A stretch of DNA of 55,243 nt from a virus (IMGVR_UViG_3300032265_002780:1-55243), one strand, 5' to 3'; shown: positions 9,353 through 20,416, counted from the first letter of the stretch. Notes: generated by a model from the letters alone, not told the origin. Numbers and translations: made by a program.

Positions 9353-10136
9353 TTGTCACCGCCTTAGTTGTAGATGAAGTATACTTTGCAGCAATTTTAA
9401 AAGTATAATTTCCATAAAATTGTAATGGAACTGTTGGAGATATTTTCCAATCGTGCAATGTCTCTGTTGCTGTAGATGGAGAATTATAAACAAAAGAAGT
9501 TTGTCCATTTGTATATGGCAAGTTTGCTCCAATAACTGTTATTTCATAACCTATTGCTTTTGGAACAGAGCTCCATTTAATTCTAATTAAGCCATTTGTG
9601 GCACTTACAATTGTTACTGTAGATAAAGAAACTCCAGGAAGTACGGTTGTTGAAGGAACAATTACTCCTTTAGGAGAAACACTTTGTGTACCTCCCGCTG
9701 CTTGTTTATTTGAAGTTGTAGTTGGATCTGGAGCAACTGCAATAGCTTCATAAGTTATAGGTCCATCAGTACTAACATCATCAATAGATGGGTCAACTGA
9801 AATTTTTAATTGCCAAACAGTGTTTCCATTATTTCCTGTAACTTCAGTTATATATGCAGGATCATTAACATTGGCATAAAGACTTGTTGGGGGATGTAAA
9901 GTTGCAACTGTATTTCCAGACTCTGCAAGTACGTCTTCATTACTAGGATTAGAAACATTTTGAGTTTTTAAATATCTTTGATATTCAGATTGAGTTAATA
10001 CAATAACTTGACCTGGATAACTAGCTATATATTTTGGAGTATTTCTAGGGTCTATGCTTGATATGTATAGGGTACGTCTTTTTTCCGTAGATGTAGGCAC
10101 GGTAGTTACTTTTCTTGTGCTTGTAGATATAGTCAC
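9330..10136 (-). CDS. minor tail protein with C-terminal FN3-like domain
   Basis: IKWSSVPKAIGYEI...YTFKIAAK; position in tail module. Confidence 0.55.
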   Translation of the reverse strand: MTISTSTRKVTTVPTSTEKRRTLYISSIDPRNTPKYIASYPGQVIVLTQSEYQRYLKTQNVSNPSNEDVLAESGNTVATLHPPTSLYANVNDPAYITEVTGNNGNTVWQLKISVDPSIDDVSTDGPITYEAIAVAPDPTTTSNKQAAGGTQSVSPKGVIVPSTTVLPGVSLSTVTIVSATNGLIRIKWSSVPKAIGYEITVIGANLPYTNGQTSFVYNSPSTATETLHDWKISPTVPLQFYGNYTFKIAAKYTSSTTKAVTIGPITIF

Positions 10137-10156
10137 TTTTCCCCCTTTCCGTTTAT

Positions 10157-10165
10157 ATTATATCA
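10157..10165 (-). promoter_or_regulatory. extended -10 promoter
   Basis: TGATATAAT in the intergenic gap. Confidence 0.5.
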
Positions 10166-10168
10166 TTA

Positions 10169-13100
10169 TTAGCTATTTGGTAACTCATTTAGCGTCAAGG
10201 TTGTTAAAAATGTATCTTGAAAACGTTGTTCAACGCCTTGAACAAAATATTTTTTGTTTACTATATTTTTAAATGTGTAATTTACCGTTACAACATCACC
10301 AATTTCAAACAAAGGGTTTGCATATACTGAAATTTTTGTATCTCTACTAAATCCGTCATTTGCCCTAAATACATTTTTTAAAATTCCTAATGCAGCATTT
10401 TCTGATTGTACCCAATTTGATGTAATTTCTATACTCTGAGAAATATTAGCTGGATCAAAGATTTTTTCTATGGAAACTTCGTTGCTTAAAGCAATAAGAT
10501 TATTTGTATTAACTAGGTATCCAACATCTATTGGATTTTTAGAATCTGGAACTTTTTTAATCCATATTGCAGAAGGAGAACTATTAATAATTGAAAACCT
10601 TCCTCTAAATCCAGAATTATAAATATTAGAATAAGATAGTGAATCTTCACGTAAATTTATAGACTCTAAAATTTCCTGTGGTGCTAAAGATGAAGTTGTT
10701 GTTGATTGAACGGGAACATAATAGTACCAAGAATATGGGGAGGGTACTGGGCGAGCATTTAAGGCTGGAGCTAAATTATATTGAACGTCAAAATAACTAA
10801 CCCCTATAACTTCAGGAACTGTTTGCATCACATAATTTAATTCAAAAGTTTTATTTTTTGAAGAAAGAGTGTTTGCAAAACTTGGTAACTCCCAATGATA
10901 CCAAGTTGATGCATTATATAAAGGTGTTTGAGTTGCATACAATTCAGTAAATGCAATGCTTCCAGATGTTCCAGGTATTGTTGTTTGAGAGAATATTCCA
11001 TATGTTCCCGAAGTATCAATATTTGTTGATAATGTAGGAACTGATATTTCATGATTATTTAAATAAATTTTAAAATATTCATTATTTGTAGATTTAGAAT
11101 CTAATTTAACAAATTTTAAATTAACTGTTCTTCCAAATTGTGCAAATGGGGAATCTTGAGGATATGCTTGAACATCATTTAACAATGCACTGCTTATTTC
11201 AACATATGGAAGGGGACGTTGAGTGGTTCCAAGCAATGATCCTGAGTTATTATATACATACAAGAAATAGGAGTTAGATGTAATTGTAACTCCTTTTTTA
11301 TTTACAACTTTACGCTTATTTTGTGTATCTTGTCTTATCTCAATATATGTAGGGTTTCCAGAATTAAGACCTATTACAAGCCCCCCGCCAAGTCCATTTT
11401 GAAAAGATTTATTGGACTCTGGGCCTATAACCATTTTACAAGAAAAAGTTTTATATGAATAATCTTTTACTGTTGAGCTTGATCCATCATTTGGAGATAT
11501 TGAAACATTGGAGCTTTCTTCATTTAATGGTCTAATAATATTTTTAACTCCTACTGTAGAAGCCCCCATAAAAATTTGATTGTTTGCAACAGTTGGATAG
11601 TCTCCAGAAACATATACCATCTTTGAATACAAAGAGTTTGAATCATTTGTATTATTATTGTTATTTGAAATAATGTTATGTGATCTAACTGGAGTATTAA
11701 ACATTCCTCTTTCAACATTTGCTATTTTACCTGTTGGCTTATAGCTAATGGATCCACCAAATCCCGCCCTTGCTGAAAAATCAGAAATTGCCGTTTGAAG
11801 CTGTGATGCACTATTGATTATAACGTTATAATTTTGTGGATAAGGATTTATTTGTGAATATGAAGGGTTGGCTTCTGGTGTGATACTGAATTGAAATTCT
11901 TTATCTTTAAAGCTTACAATTTCTCCCTCTATAATTGCATATCCATCTTGATCTATGCTAAATTGTGAGAACAAGTTTTTTAAGTCATCTGGATTAAGAT
12001 AAAAATAATTTTGAGAATAATTAGGTATAGATTGATTTAAAAAATTAAAAGTAACAACAGAGTCTTTGCTTAGTTCCCATAAAATATCATTTTTATCAAT
12101 TAGCTCTGTTTCCAAAGATGCGTTACCTGAAGATCCGTTTACAGCCAAAGTTTTATTAATTTGAGGAATTCTATATTTAAGCGTTGCTTTACCAATTTTT
12201 GATTTAATTGTTTCAATATATGTTCCCTCTGTTATGTTGGTTGTTACAGTAAGATTATCTGTATATCCCTGCCCAGTTGTAATTACTTGGGGGGTTGGGT
12301 TATTATGAATCAACAAGTTTGGGGTTGTATTGCCTAAAATATTATCTAGGCTTAAAAACTCCATAACTCCGTATGAGTTTATATACGCTCCTATTTGATA
12401 GACCTCAAATAATTCTCTAAGTACGTCAAAAACTTTTTGTTGCAATCCATCAACATAATAAAATGAAGAATGCATTGGTTGCTTGTTAGTCAATAATGTG
12501 CCATCAATTAAACTAGTCTGGTTTAAAGTTACTTTTCTAAGGGAGTCGTAATCATAATCTGTAAATCCAGCAAAATCTAAAACATTGCTAATTATTTTAA
12601 ATGCGTCTTGAGATTGAGATACATAATCAGTTGGTGATAATAGCTGTAAATACTTTGTGATATCATAAGCAACAACCTCAACTCTTTCAAGGTCCTTTAC
12701 ATTCCAAACATCTGTATAATAAACTCCTCCAGGAATAACGTAGTCAGAAGATGTTGGAGATGATAACCCAGTATATGAATTAAACGTTGTAGACAAGTTA
12801 TCTTTAATAACATAATTGATAATAATTTTTACATTTTGTTTAAACAGTCCTGCAAGCGGGGATGTTGAAGAATTATTAGAAAATATGCTTAATGGTTGAT
12901 TGCTTATATTTAATGGAATAGTTGTTAAGTTAATAGTTGCATTATTAGAAGATATTGCAGAAATTGGAAGAGGGCTTTGCTTATTATCTAGTTCATTTTG
13001 TGTACTGATATCTACAAGAAAATTAGATAGATCTAATTCAATTCTTGGAGATATTTCAATAACTTGAAGTCTTTTTAAATCTTTTTGATATTGTGTATAT

Positions 13101-14401
13101 CTTCCTGGATAACTGACCCCATTCATTGTGCTATTAGATATATCGTTGGATGGGCTATTATATGCAGAATTTATTGATGCTGAATTTTGTTGAACAACTA
13201 TCTTATTGATATTTTGATATAGTGTTATTTGTCCTGTTGCATTATCAAATGTAGGCATTGTTGTCCAAGCCCCGCCTTGACTTGTAGTAAGCCAAGTTCC
13301 ATTAGATTGTAGATAAATAATACAAACGCCATTTAATATATCACTATTTGTTATAGATATGCTTATAGAGTAGCCTGTAACTGTGTTATAGAGATTGACA
13401 GAAACGCTTGTTGGAGTTGAATATTGTGTATTAAATTTTAAAACTATTTTATTTGTTGCAAGCAAAGTATCATATAATGCTCCTAAAGAGTTTGTATTTC
13501 CATCTGAAACAAAATACTTATATGTTGTATAATCAGATACTATGCCATTTTTATACAAAGGATTTGAATTAGAAGATCCTAAAATATGTGGGTGATACGT
13601 TATAGGGCTGCAAGGCATTGATTGATAATTCCAAGAAGAATTATTAAAAGATGTTTTAATTTGTCTAAAGTTTGTAGGAAGGGGTGTTAATGGATTTCCT
13701 GATGGGACATAACTTTCGCCTGGTCTAAAAATGTTAAAAGGAGAAGATGTTGGCCAAGTCTTACCATATTGATAATCAAAGTCTGTTGTTTGAAATATTT
13801 CAAATTGATCAATCAAAACACTATAATTACTTGGAGCTGGTTGAACCAATGAAGCCATAGTTGTATCTCTTGATGTAAAATCAAGGGTTAAATTAAAAGA
13901 TGAGTATGCAGATTGAGTTGGTAAAGAAGTTACATAAACCTCAAATTTTGTCCATATTGTGTTATCAATAACATGAGATGTTGAAGTTGTTCTATGCCCG
14001 TCTGTTCCTATAGCTGTCAATGCAGATAAAGTTACCTCTACATCTTGTGTTGTTTTAGCATAAAAAGTAATTTTATAAGCATTTGAAACTGATGTTCCAG
14101 ATGCTGGCAATATTGTTAAAGTTCCTGATCCATTTTGACCAGATGTAGTAAATTTTAAAGCACTTCCATCTGTATAAACAGTTGATGGCTTTCCTAAAGA
14201 TGTGTCATAAACTACACTACAATTTGTTGTTGTCCAACTACTGGGTGTGTTCCAGTTTGTATATACCTGAGATCCATCTCCAGAAAATGTTGCATATGGA
14301 GCATAAAATAAATTATAGTTCCATTCTGCAGAAACTGTTGGAATTACCTTATGTTGTGTATTAGTAGAAAAATATTGTTTAACAACTGAACTTCCTAGCA
14401 T
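10169..14401 (-). CDS. large minor tail (tail tip/hub) protein
   Basis: 1410 aa, second gene after the tape measure. C-terminal 'ANPLFEIGDVVTVNY' is typical of tail-tip proteins; N-terminal carbohydrate-binding-like domain (YKITFYAK...WTKFEV...LIDQFEI). Confidence 0.75.
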   Translation of the reverse strand: MLGSSVVKQYFSTNTQHKVIPTVSAEWNYNLFYAPYATFSGDGSQVYTNWNTPSSWTTTNCSVVYDTSLGKPSTVYTDGSALKFTTSGQNGSGTLTILPASGTSVSNAYKITFYAKTTQDVEVTLSALTAIGTDGHRTTSTSHVIDNTIWTKFEVYVTSLPTQSAYSSFNLTLDFTSRDTTMASLVQPAPSNYSVLIDQFEIFQTTDFDYQYGKTWPTSSPFNIFRPGESYVPSGNPLTPLPTNFRQIKTSFNNSSWNYQSMPCSPITYHPHILGSSNSNPLYKNGIVSDYTTYKYFVSDGNTNSLGALYDTLLATNKIVLKFNTQYSTPTSVSVNLYNTVTGYSISISITNSDILNGVCIIYLQSNGTWLTTSQGGAWTTMPTFDNATGQITLYQNINKIVVQQNSASINSAYNSPSNDISNSTMNGVSYPGRYTQYQKDLKRLQVIEISPRIELDLSNFLVDISTQNELDNKQSPLPISAISSNNATINLTTIPLNISNQPLSIFSNNSSTSPLAGLFKQNVKIIINYVIKDNLSTTFNSYTGLSSPTSSDYVIPGGVYYTDVWNVKDLERVEVVAYDITKYLQLLSPTDYVSQSQDAFKIISNVLDFAGFTDYDYDSLRKVTLNQTSLIDGTLLTNKQPMHSSFYYVDGLQQKVFDVLRELFEVYQIGAYINSYGVMEFLSLDNILGNTTPNLLIHNNPTPQVITTGQGYTDNLTVTTNITEGTYIETIKSKIGKATLKYRIPQINKTLAVNGSSGNASLETELIDKNDILWELSKDSVVTFNFLNQSIPNYSQNYFYLNPDDLKNLFSQFSIDQDGYAIIEGEIVSFKDKEFQFSITPEANPSYSQINPYPQNYNVIINSASQLQTAISDFSARAGFGGSISYKPTGKIANVERGMFNTPVRSHNIISNNNNNTNDSNSLYSKMVYVSGDYPTVANNQIFMGASTVGVKNIIRPLNEESSNVSISPNDGSSSTVKDYSYKTFSCKMVIGPESNKSFQNGLGGGLVIGLNSGNPTYIEIRQDTQNKRKVVNKKGVTITSNSYFLYVYNNSGSLLGTTQRPLPYVEISSALLNDVQAYPQDSPFAQFGRTVNLKFVKLDSKSTNNEYFKIYLNNHEISVPTLSTNIDTSGTYGIFSQTTIPGTSGSIAFTELYATQTPLYNASTWYHWELPSFANTLSSKNKTFELNYVMQTVPEVIGVSYFDVQYNLAPALNARPVPSPYSWYYYVPVQSTTTSSLAPQEILESINLREDSLSYSNIYNSGFRGRFSIINSSPSAIWIKKVPDSKNPIDVGYLVNTNNLIALSNEVSIEKIFDPANISQSIEITSNWVQSENAALGILKNVFRANDGFSRDTKISVYANPLFEIGDVVTVNYTFKNIVNKKYFVQGVEQRFQDTFLTTLTLNELPNS

Positions 14402-14934
14402 TAGATCTCCGTAAATTCTATATTGATATTTACTAAATCATATCCTACCCCGCCAGATGATGTCCATTGTCCAGCAGCATTTCTTTTTGTTTGTTCATAA
14501 TCAAAAGAGGTTATGTATGCTTGATAAACCGTGGAAGAATTGGGGGCATTTAAAGAAGAGTAATAAGTATTTTCATTTGGTGCATTTCCAGAAGACGGGT
14601 TTGTTTCTCCCGCTATAATTAACTTAACATATATTGGTGTAAAGACATTTGCTTCATAGAAAGATTTCATCCAAGCCCCAGCTTTTCCAGATGTTGAATC
14701 TCCCAATATATAATCTACAGCATTTGATGTTAAGCTTGGAACATCTCTCCAAGATGCTGTAATTTTATGTTTTCTTGCAATTACATATCTTCTTAATGTT
14801 CCATCTGCCATTCTAGCTGTTTTATCAATAACCTCATATGCAACTTTAATTGGTTGACGATTATGATCTGTTAATTTATACCATGTAGATTGGTCTAATG
14901 ATACTTGTATTCCCGCCTGAATTTGCATTATCAA
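14401..14934 (-). CDS. distal tail (Dit-like) protein
   Basis: Directly after the tape measure; 'RMADGTLRRYVIARK' and terminal 'NIEFTEI'. Confidence 0.7.
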   Translation of the reverse strand: MIMQIQAGIQVSLDQSTWYKLTDHNRQPIKVAYEVIDKTARMADGTLRRYVIARKHKITASWRDVPSLTSNAVDYILGDSTSGKAGAWMKSFYEANVFTPIYVKLIIAGETNPSSGNAPNENTYYSSLNAPNSSTVYQAYITSFDYEQTKRNAAGQWTSSGGVGYDLVNINIEFTEI

Positions 14935-17900
14935 CCTACCTTTGAACGAGTTTGAGACATTCCATTTTGAACTTTAATTTTATTGTAAAAATCTTCCATA
15001 GCTGCAGTTAATTGTTGTTGATTTAAACCACTTCCATTTATAACAATATTAAAGTTTGGAGAACTACTTGCTGCAATACCCATTTGTGCTGCAGATCCAT
15101 ACTGAACTGCAGATGGAACATTTACTGTTCCTAAATGATAGGTTCCAAGTTTGGTTGAATTTGCAGCTTTTACTAAATTATTAACAACTTTTGAGCCTGG
15201 GTCTATTCCTTGTGAAATTTGATCTTGAATGTCTGCAAGATTTTGTCTTAGTGTATCCATCTTTGTTGTATTGGCATTTGTAATTATTTTTTGATTATAT
15301 GTATCTTGATTTGCAAGCATGTTTTGTTGCAACAGGTTTGCCTGTAAATAATCTCCACCTGCTATAGCCTTACGGATTTGGTTTTGCAAATCAGTTTGTT
15401 TTGTAGCAAGATCAATAGCATCTTGTGCTTTTTGATTTTGGTCATTCATTAATTTATCTTGTCTTTCAAGATAAGTTATACGTGCTTGATCACTGTGTAA
15501 TAAAGTTTTATATTTCTTTTCTAATACTGTAGCTGCGTCTACTGTAGATGTAATTGGATCTTTTCCTGTTGTAACTTTTGACCCGCTACCTGCTGCTTTA
15601 TTTTTAGCAGCATTAGCTTTATCAAGTTTATCTAAATATCCTTGCAAAATTTCAGGGTGCTCATTTAAATATCTCCATCCGTTTGGAGTATCAAGATTAA
15701 CTGTCTTTCCATCTATTTGAACATTTTGATTTGCAAACAATCCTGCAGCAGCAACTTTAGCAATGCTTAATGAATTTGCAAGATTAATCCCTGCTGCATT
15801 AATTTTTATTAATTGATTTGCAAGAGGTGTTTGCCCAGCTGCTAAAAGACCCGCTCTTAAATAACCTAATTGATCTGTAGCACTTAACCCACTACTTGTA
15901 ATATTTTTTATATCAATATTTGTTTGTTTCATGCTTGTTGATGATGTAATTGCATCAACTGCAAGAGATTGAAATTGGTCCGCTAAGGCTTTTTGAGAAG
16001 TATTTAATGAAGAATAAGATAGTGTAAGTGGGTATGCCCATTGACCTAGGGTTCCAGCATTTGCTACTAATTTTTGAGTTAATGTTTGATTTGCAGTTTC
16101 TACATCTTTTGTTGCTGGAATAATTTCTCTTAATGCTGCAGCTGTTAAATTACTTTTTCCTGCAAGTTCTAGCATTGCAGATACCATATTCTTAACTCCT
16201 GCTGGATCCATTCCTGCAGCAACATCTGCTGCAGCTTGTGCTTTTAATGTTCCAATAATTGCTTTTGGAGAATTATACCCAGCAATTGCTTTTGCTGTAA
16301 TAGCATTAGAATCTGTTTTTGGCAATTGAGAAAGAGCTTGAACATATTTATCTATTTCTGTTTTTGCCTTCATTGCATCTGAACCGCTGCCAGCAATTGC
16401 TGTGCTAAATGTTATTACTTTATTTTCTGCAGATTTAACTGTTCCGCCAAATAACTTAATTGCATTTTCACTTGCCGTAAATGTTGAACGAATAACTTGT
16501 TGATGTTCTTTTTCTGCTTTCATTAAAGCACTAAATCCTCCTACAGCTACTCCAAGTGCTGCACCAATAGCAGCTCCTTGAACGCCAAACATCATCCCCA
16601 TTCCCGCCATAGTTGCAGCAGAAGAAGTAATTGATTGTGCATCGCTTCCTTTTGGCAACATTCCTGAAAGCATAGGTCCAGCTATCATAAGAGCAGCAGA
16701 TCCACCAATTTTACCAGTAGTGCTTAATCCTCCGCCTGGCTTTGTAAGAATTCCCTTGCCTTTTGCAAGCAATCCTGCACTGCTACCACTTGCCAATGCT
16801 TCTTCTAAACTAGTTGCTTGAACGGCCGCTTTTGTTTGTTCTTCTGCTGCAGTAACTACCTGTCTTGTTTCTTGTTTTATTCCTTGTGCTACAGAAGCAC
16901 TAAAGTTTTTACCTGCATCAACTGCAGATTGTGTACCTAGTTGTGATGCAAAACCTGCTTGGTTTATATTTCCAATAGTTTCTAGAGCAGACTTATTACT
17001 TCTTCCTCCCAAAACTTTTGCTAATGAAGCTGAATAAGATTCATTAGATTTTGAAAAATATCTTGTAGATCCACTTCCAGAAGCTCCAGTTACTCTAACT
17101 TCTTGTGGTTTTTCTAATGCTGTAGTTGAATATCCATGAGCTTGTGCAGTATCTTTAAATACTTTGCCAAAAGCTGCTGCTGAGGCTTGACTTGTTTTTG
17201 TTGGTAAATCACTTAAAGATTTAACACTTGCTGGTAAAGACTCAAGATGACTTACTAATTTTTTATCAAGATCTGTTGCAAATGATTTTCTTGCAGCTGG
17301 GTCATTAATGCCCATTGTATTCATTAGATGACTATATGCTCTTTCAGGATTATGAGTAATTGATCTAGAGGCTGGGTTGCCCATTGCATCTGTAATTTGC
17401 ATATTTGGGTTAAGCTCTCCACCATTACCAACAGTCAGAGTATTACCTTTTAGATATTTAATCATCTGTTGAGGAGTTAATGTTCCAGAATTAGTTAATT
17501 GATTAATTTCTGTATGCCATGCTGCATGAGTAGCATCTTCAACTCTTGCATTTTTATTTGCAGGAGATCCAGTATCTTGTCTTATCAATGATTGTTCTTG
17601 AGAAGGATATGAAGATAAATCTGCAGCTTGATTTAAATGAGCTAATTGTACATCTGTTCTTTTTCTTATGCTTCCGCTCTTGCTCTTATAATAAAAATTC
17701 CCGCCGTATGCTGCTCTTACATCTTCTACTTGATCTTTTGGCACGATAAGTTCACCAGGTGTTAGCATAGCTGGGACTGAATCTGTATTCCCTGATCCTG
17801 GAACTATTCCACCCTTAGAAAATTTTCTAACTGCAGAAGTCAAGTTACCAATTCCAGCACCCATATTCATGCTTCCAACAAGTTCTTGAATACTTATGGT

Positions 17901-19754
17901 TAATTGTTGAATTGCAGAATTAAGTAGGTCTACTTCATCAACGCTTGTTACAAGACCAGAATTAAATAATTCATTTGCATTTTGAGCTGCAATTAACTCT
18001 GGCGTTAATAGTTGACCTAATGTTTTACCGCCTGTTGCTAATTGTCTTAAATTAAAAATACCTTTTACTAAGTATCCAACAAAGTTTCCAAGCAAACCAG
18101 TTAACATAATAATAGGTCCTGACAAAGCTACCCCAATTGCAAGTGCTCCCATTACAGACTTAAGTGGGCCTGGTAATCCACTAAATAGCTTGCTAACTGA
18201 ATTTGCAAAATTTAATAAACTTGTACCAATTTGAATAAGTTTTTGTCCTACAGGAATAAGATCTGCTTTAAATGTTTCAATTGCTCTTTGATATTTAGCA
18301 GTTGGAGATTCGGTTGCTTGTTTCATTTCTTGATTTGCAAGAGTTGCTAATTCTGCAGAAGTTGCTCCTGCAATTTTAAGAGCATTTTGTGTTTGAGATC
18401 CAATTTGTCCAAAATTGTCAAGAAGAGCTGATACACGAGCAAATTGAAACTTACCAAAAATTTTGTCAATTACTTGTTCTTTTGCAAGTGGAGCAAGCCC
18501 TTTAAGTCCTTCTTGCAATTTTTCAATCATCTGTACTGGGGAGCCAGCATGTCTTACTGCCTCTAAGCTAATACCAAATTGTTGTGCTGCAGTTACCGCA
18601 CTTTTTGTTGGTGCGATTAAAGATGCAATTGCAGATTTTACTGCGTTGGCAGCTTGTGCTGCTGGAATACCTGCTTCACGCATTGCAACAAGCATTACTG
18701 CTGTATCTTTATATGATCCACCTAGCTGTTGCATAATTGGACCAACACGTGGAATAGCTTCTGTCATATCACCAAGAGTCATGGTGGTTTGCTTTTGAAT
18801 ATCTGAAAGAAAATTAACTGCATCAGCAAGTTGTGTAGTGCTTACCTTATAAACATTTTGTAGAGCAACAACAGTATTAGTTGCTGCAGTTGCATCAACT
18901 GCTCCAAGCTTAGAAAGTCTTTGTGTTTGATAAGTAGTATCTAGAAGGTTTTGACCTTGACGACCCATAGCAGCAAAATTAGCTGCAACTTGTACAGTAT
19001 CTTTAACTGCAAGACCCATACTGCTTGCAACATTTTTACCCAAATCTACAACTTGTGTTGAAATTTTGTCAAGCTCTGCTTGTGATGGAGGGGTCAAACC
19101 TTCACCATAAAGTCTTTGAAGCCTTGTAAGTTCTACGTTTACATCTTTAAATGCTGATGTTGCTTGTGAAGCAAATAACAATAACGGAACAGACATACCT
19201 ACTGTTAGCTGACGTCCCGCCCATTGTGTATTTTTACCCCAATTAATAAGTGCTTGGGAGCCCTTGTTTACTGCAATGTTATAGATGTTTTGTTCATTAG
19301 CAGCAATTTTTGTTGCATTTGAAACTGCATTAATTGTTTTTGGAGTAAATACTGAATAAAAACCTTGTTTTGAAGGATCTGCCATAATAACAGAATTTTG
19401 TAGTTTTGTTTGCTCTAAAGCTAATTCTTTTACACTAGTTGTAGCAACTGAATTTTTACGTGAAAGGATATTGAAATAATTGCCAAGCCCTAGGGTTCCT
19501 TTTTGTAATGATTTTCCAAAGTTTTCAATTTCACTAGTGGCTTGAACTGTTGAAAGACTAAATTGTCCTGTAGCGGTAAGGGCTTGGCTAAAACCTTTTG
19601 ATATGTTGTTTAAATTTTTTGCAAGACTTGAATCAATTGCAACATTGCCCATGCCCTGTTGAAGCAAAGCAACTTGTGCTTGTAAGGCTTTAATTTGTGA
19701 ATTAACTGAAGAAAAATCGCCAAGGGCAACTATATTAAGTTCTATTTTTGCCAT
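14931..19754 (-). CDS. tail tape measure protein
   Basis: 1607 aa, Ala/Gly/Leu-rich and helical, with a TP901-type core and the 'GGIVPGSGNTDSVPAMLTPGE' motif; follows the tail chaperones. Confidence 0.93.
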   Translation of the reverse strand: MAKIELNIVALGDFSSVNSQIKALQAQVALLQQGMGNVAIDSSLAKNLNNISKGFSQALTATGQFSLSTVQATSEIENFGKSLQKGTLGLGNYFNILSRKNSVATTSVKELALEQTKLQNSVIMADPSKQGFYSVFTPKTINAVSNATKIAANEQNIYNIAVNKGSQALINWGKNTQWAGRQLTVGMSVPLLLFASQATSAFKDVNVELTRLQRLYGEGLTPPSQAELDKISTQVVDLGKNVASSMGLAVKDTVQVAANFAAMGRQGQNLLDTTYQTQRLSKLGAVDATAATNTVVALQNVYKVSTTQLADAVNFLSDIQKQTTMTLGDMTEAIPRVGPIMQQLGGSYKDTAVMLVAMREAGIPAAQAANAVKSAIASLIAPTKSAVTAAQQFGISLEAVRHAGSPVQMIEKLQEGLKGLAPLAKEQVIDKIFGKFQFARVSALLDNFGQIGSQTQNALKIAGATSAELATLANQEMKQATESPTAKYQRAIETFKADLIPVGQKLIQIGTSLLNFANSVSKLFSGLPGPLKSVMGALAIGVALSGPIIMLTGLLGNFVGYLVKGIFNLRQLATGGKTLGQLLTPELIAAQNANELFNSGLVTSVDEVDLLNSAIQQLTISIQELVGSMNMGAGIGNLTSAVRKFSKGGIVPGSGNTDSVPAMLTPGELIVPKDQVEDVRAAYGGNFYYKSKSGSIRKRTDVQLAHLNQAADLSSYPSQEQSLIRQDTGSPANKNARVEDATHAAWHTEINQLTNSGTLTPQQMIKYLKGNTLTVGNGGELNPNMQITDAMGNPASRSITHNPERAYSHLMNTMGINDPAARKSFATDLDKKLVSHLESLPASVKSLSDLPTKTSQASAAAFGKVFKDTAQAHGYSTTALEKPQEVRVTGASGSGSTRYFSKSNESYSASLAKVLGGRSNKSALETIGNINQAGFASQLGTQSAVDAGKNFSASVAQGIKQETRQVVTAAEEQTKAAVQATSLEEALASGSSAGLLAKGKGILTKPGGGLSTTGKIGGSAALMIAGPMLSGMLPKGSDAQSITSSAATMAGMGMMFGVQGAAIGAALGVAVGGFSALMKAEKEHQQVIRSTFTASENAIKLFGGTVKSAENKVITFSTAIAGSGSDAMKAKTEIDKYVQALSQLPKTDSNAITAKAIAGYNSPKAIIGTLKAQAAADVAAGMDPAGVKNMVSAMLELAGKSNLTAAALREIIPATKDVETANQTLTQKLVANAGTLGQWAYPLTLSYSSLNTSQKALADQFQSLAVDAITSSTSMKQTNIDIKNITSSGLSATDQLGYLRAGLLAAGQTPLANQLIKINAAGINLANSLSIAKVAAAGLFANQNVQIDGKTVNLDTPNGWRYLNEHPEILQGYLDKLDKANAAKNKAAGSGSKVTTGKDPITSTVDAATVLEKKYKTLLHSDQARITYLERQDKLMNDQNQKAQDAIDLATKQTDLQNQIRKAIAGGDYLQANLLQQNMLANQDTYNQKIITNANTTKMDTLRQNLADIQDQISQGIDPGSKVVNNLVKAANSTKLGTYHLGTVNVPSAVQYGSAAQMGIAASSSPNFNIVINGSGLNQQQLTAAMEDFYNKIKVQNGMSQTRSKVG

Positions 19755-19769
19755 TACTTAGCACCCCCA

Positions 19770-20087
19770 TCATTCTTGTGACATAAAGCCGAGTCCTTCA
19801 CCTATTCCAAAACCTTCCTTGCTTGCAATATTTGATGACATTAACACTGTAACATCTTCTGCATCTTTTTGCTCTTGCTCAAGATCAACACCATTTATTG
19901 CTGCTAAAAACGTTCTCTCCCTTTTTTCTCTTTCTCTTGATGCATTTAATATTGCTAGTAATTCATCAATTGAAAGATTAGATTCCATCTCGTCAAAATT
20001 TTTCCAATGGCCTAGCAAGAAAACTTCGGACTCCAAGGAGCTTAGATCTAGTTCGTCCCAACTAGAGCCGCTCCCAGAAGGTTTGGG
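19770..20087 (-). CDS. tail assembly chaperone, -1 frameshift extension (gpGT-like)
   Basis: The frame opens after a TGA exactly at CCCAAAC (20081-20087) and reads PSGSGSSWDELDLSSLESEVFLLGHWKNF...; no good independent start. Confidence 0.8.
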   Translation of the reverse strand, partial: PKPSGSGSSWDELDLSSLESEVFLLGHWKNFDEMESNLSIDELLAILNASREREKRERTFLAAINGVDLEQEQKDAEDVTVLMSSNIASKEGFGIGEGLGFMSQE

Positions 20088-20383
20088 TCAGTCAACTTTA
20101 AACCACCAGAAATTTCAAGAATTTTCATCATTGTAGGAATTTCAATAATTTCCTCAAACTTTTCCCTATTTGTTCCAAGGTCGGGCCTTGCAGCCTTTAA
20201 ACATTCCATAGATGCTTTAATGAATACATCCATTGCTGCTTGCTCTGATTGATCTTCCAATCCTTGGATGCTATTAATAATATCCATAAAAACACGATGT
20301 TGTTTTATTGGTAGAGGTTTTAATGTAATGGTTGTTCCATCACTTAATTCAATTTCTACTATATCATATACTGCTGTTGCCAA
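20048..20383 (-). CDS. tail assembly chaperone (gpG-like)
   Basis: Lies between major tail and tape measure genes; TTG start with SD AAGGAG; slippery site near the 3' end. Confidence 0.85.
   Translation of the reverse strand: MATAVYDIVEIELSDGTTITLKPLPIKQHRVFMDIINSIQGLEDQSEQAAMDVFIKASMECLKAARPDLGTNREKFEEIIEIPTMMKILEISGGLKLTDPNLLGAALVGTN
20081..20087 (-). promoter_or_regulatory. -1 programmed ribosomal frameshift site C CCA AAC
   Basis: X XXY YYZ heptamer in the correct phase (GAC CCA AAC), linking the two chaperone frames. Confidence 0.8.
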
Positions 20384-20407
20384 TTTATAGCTCCTTTGTT
20401 TAGTTAA

Positions 20408-20416
20408 ATTATACCA
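20408..20416 (-). promoter_or_regulatory. extended -10 promoter
   Basis: TGGTATAAT just downstream of the hairpin that follows the major tail gene. Confidence 0.55.
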
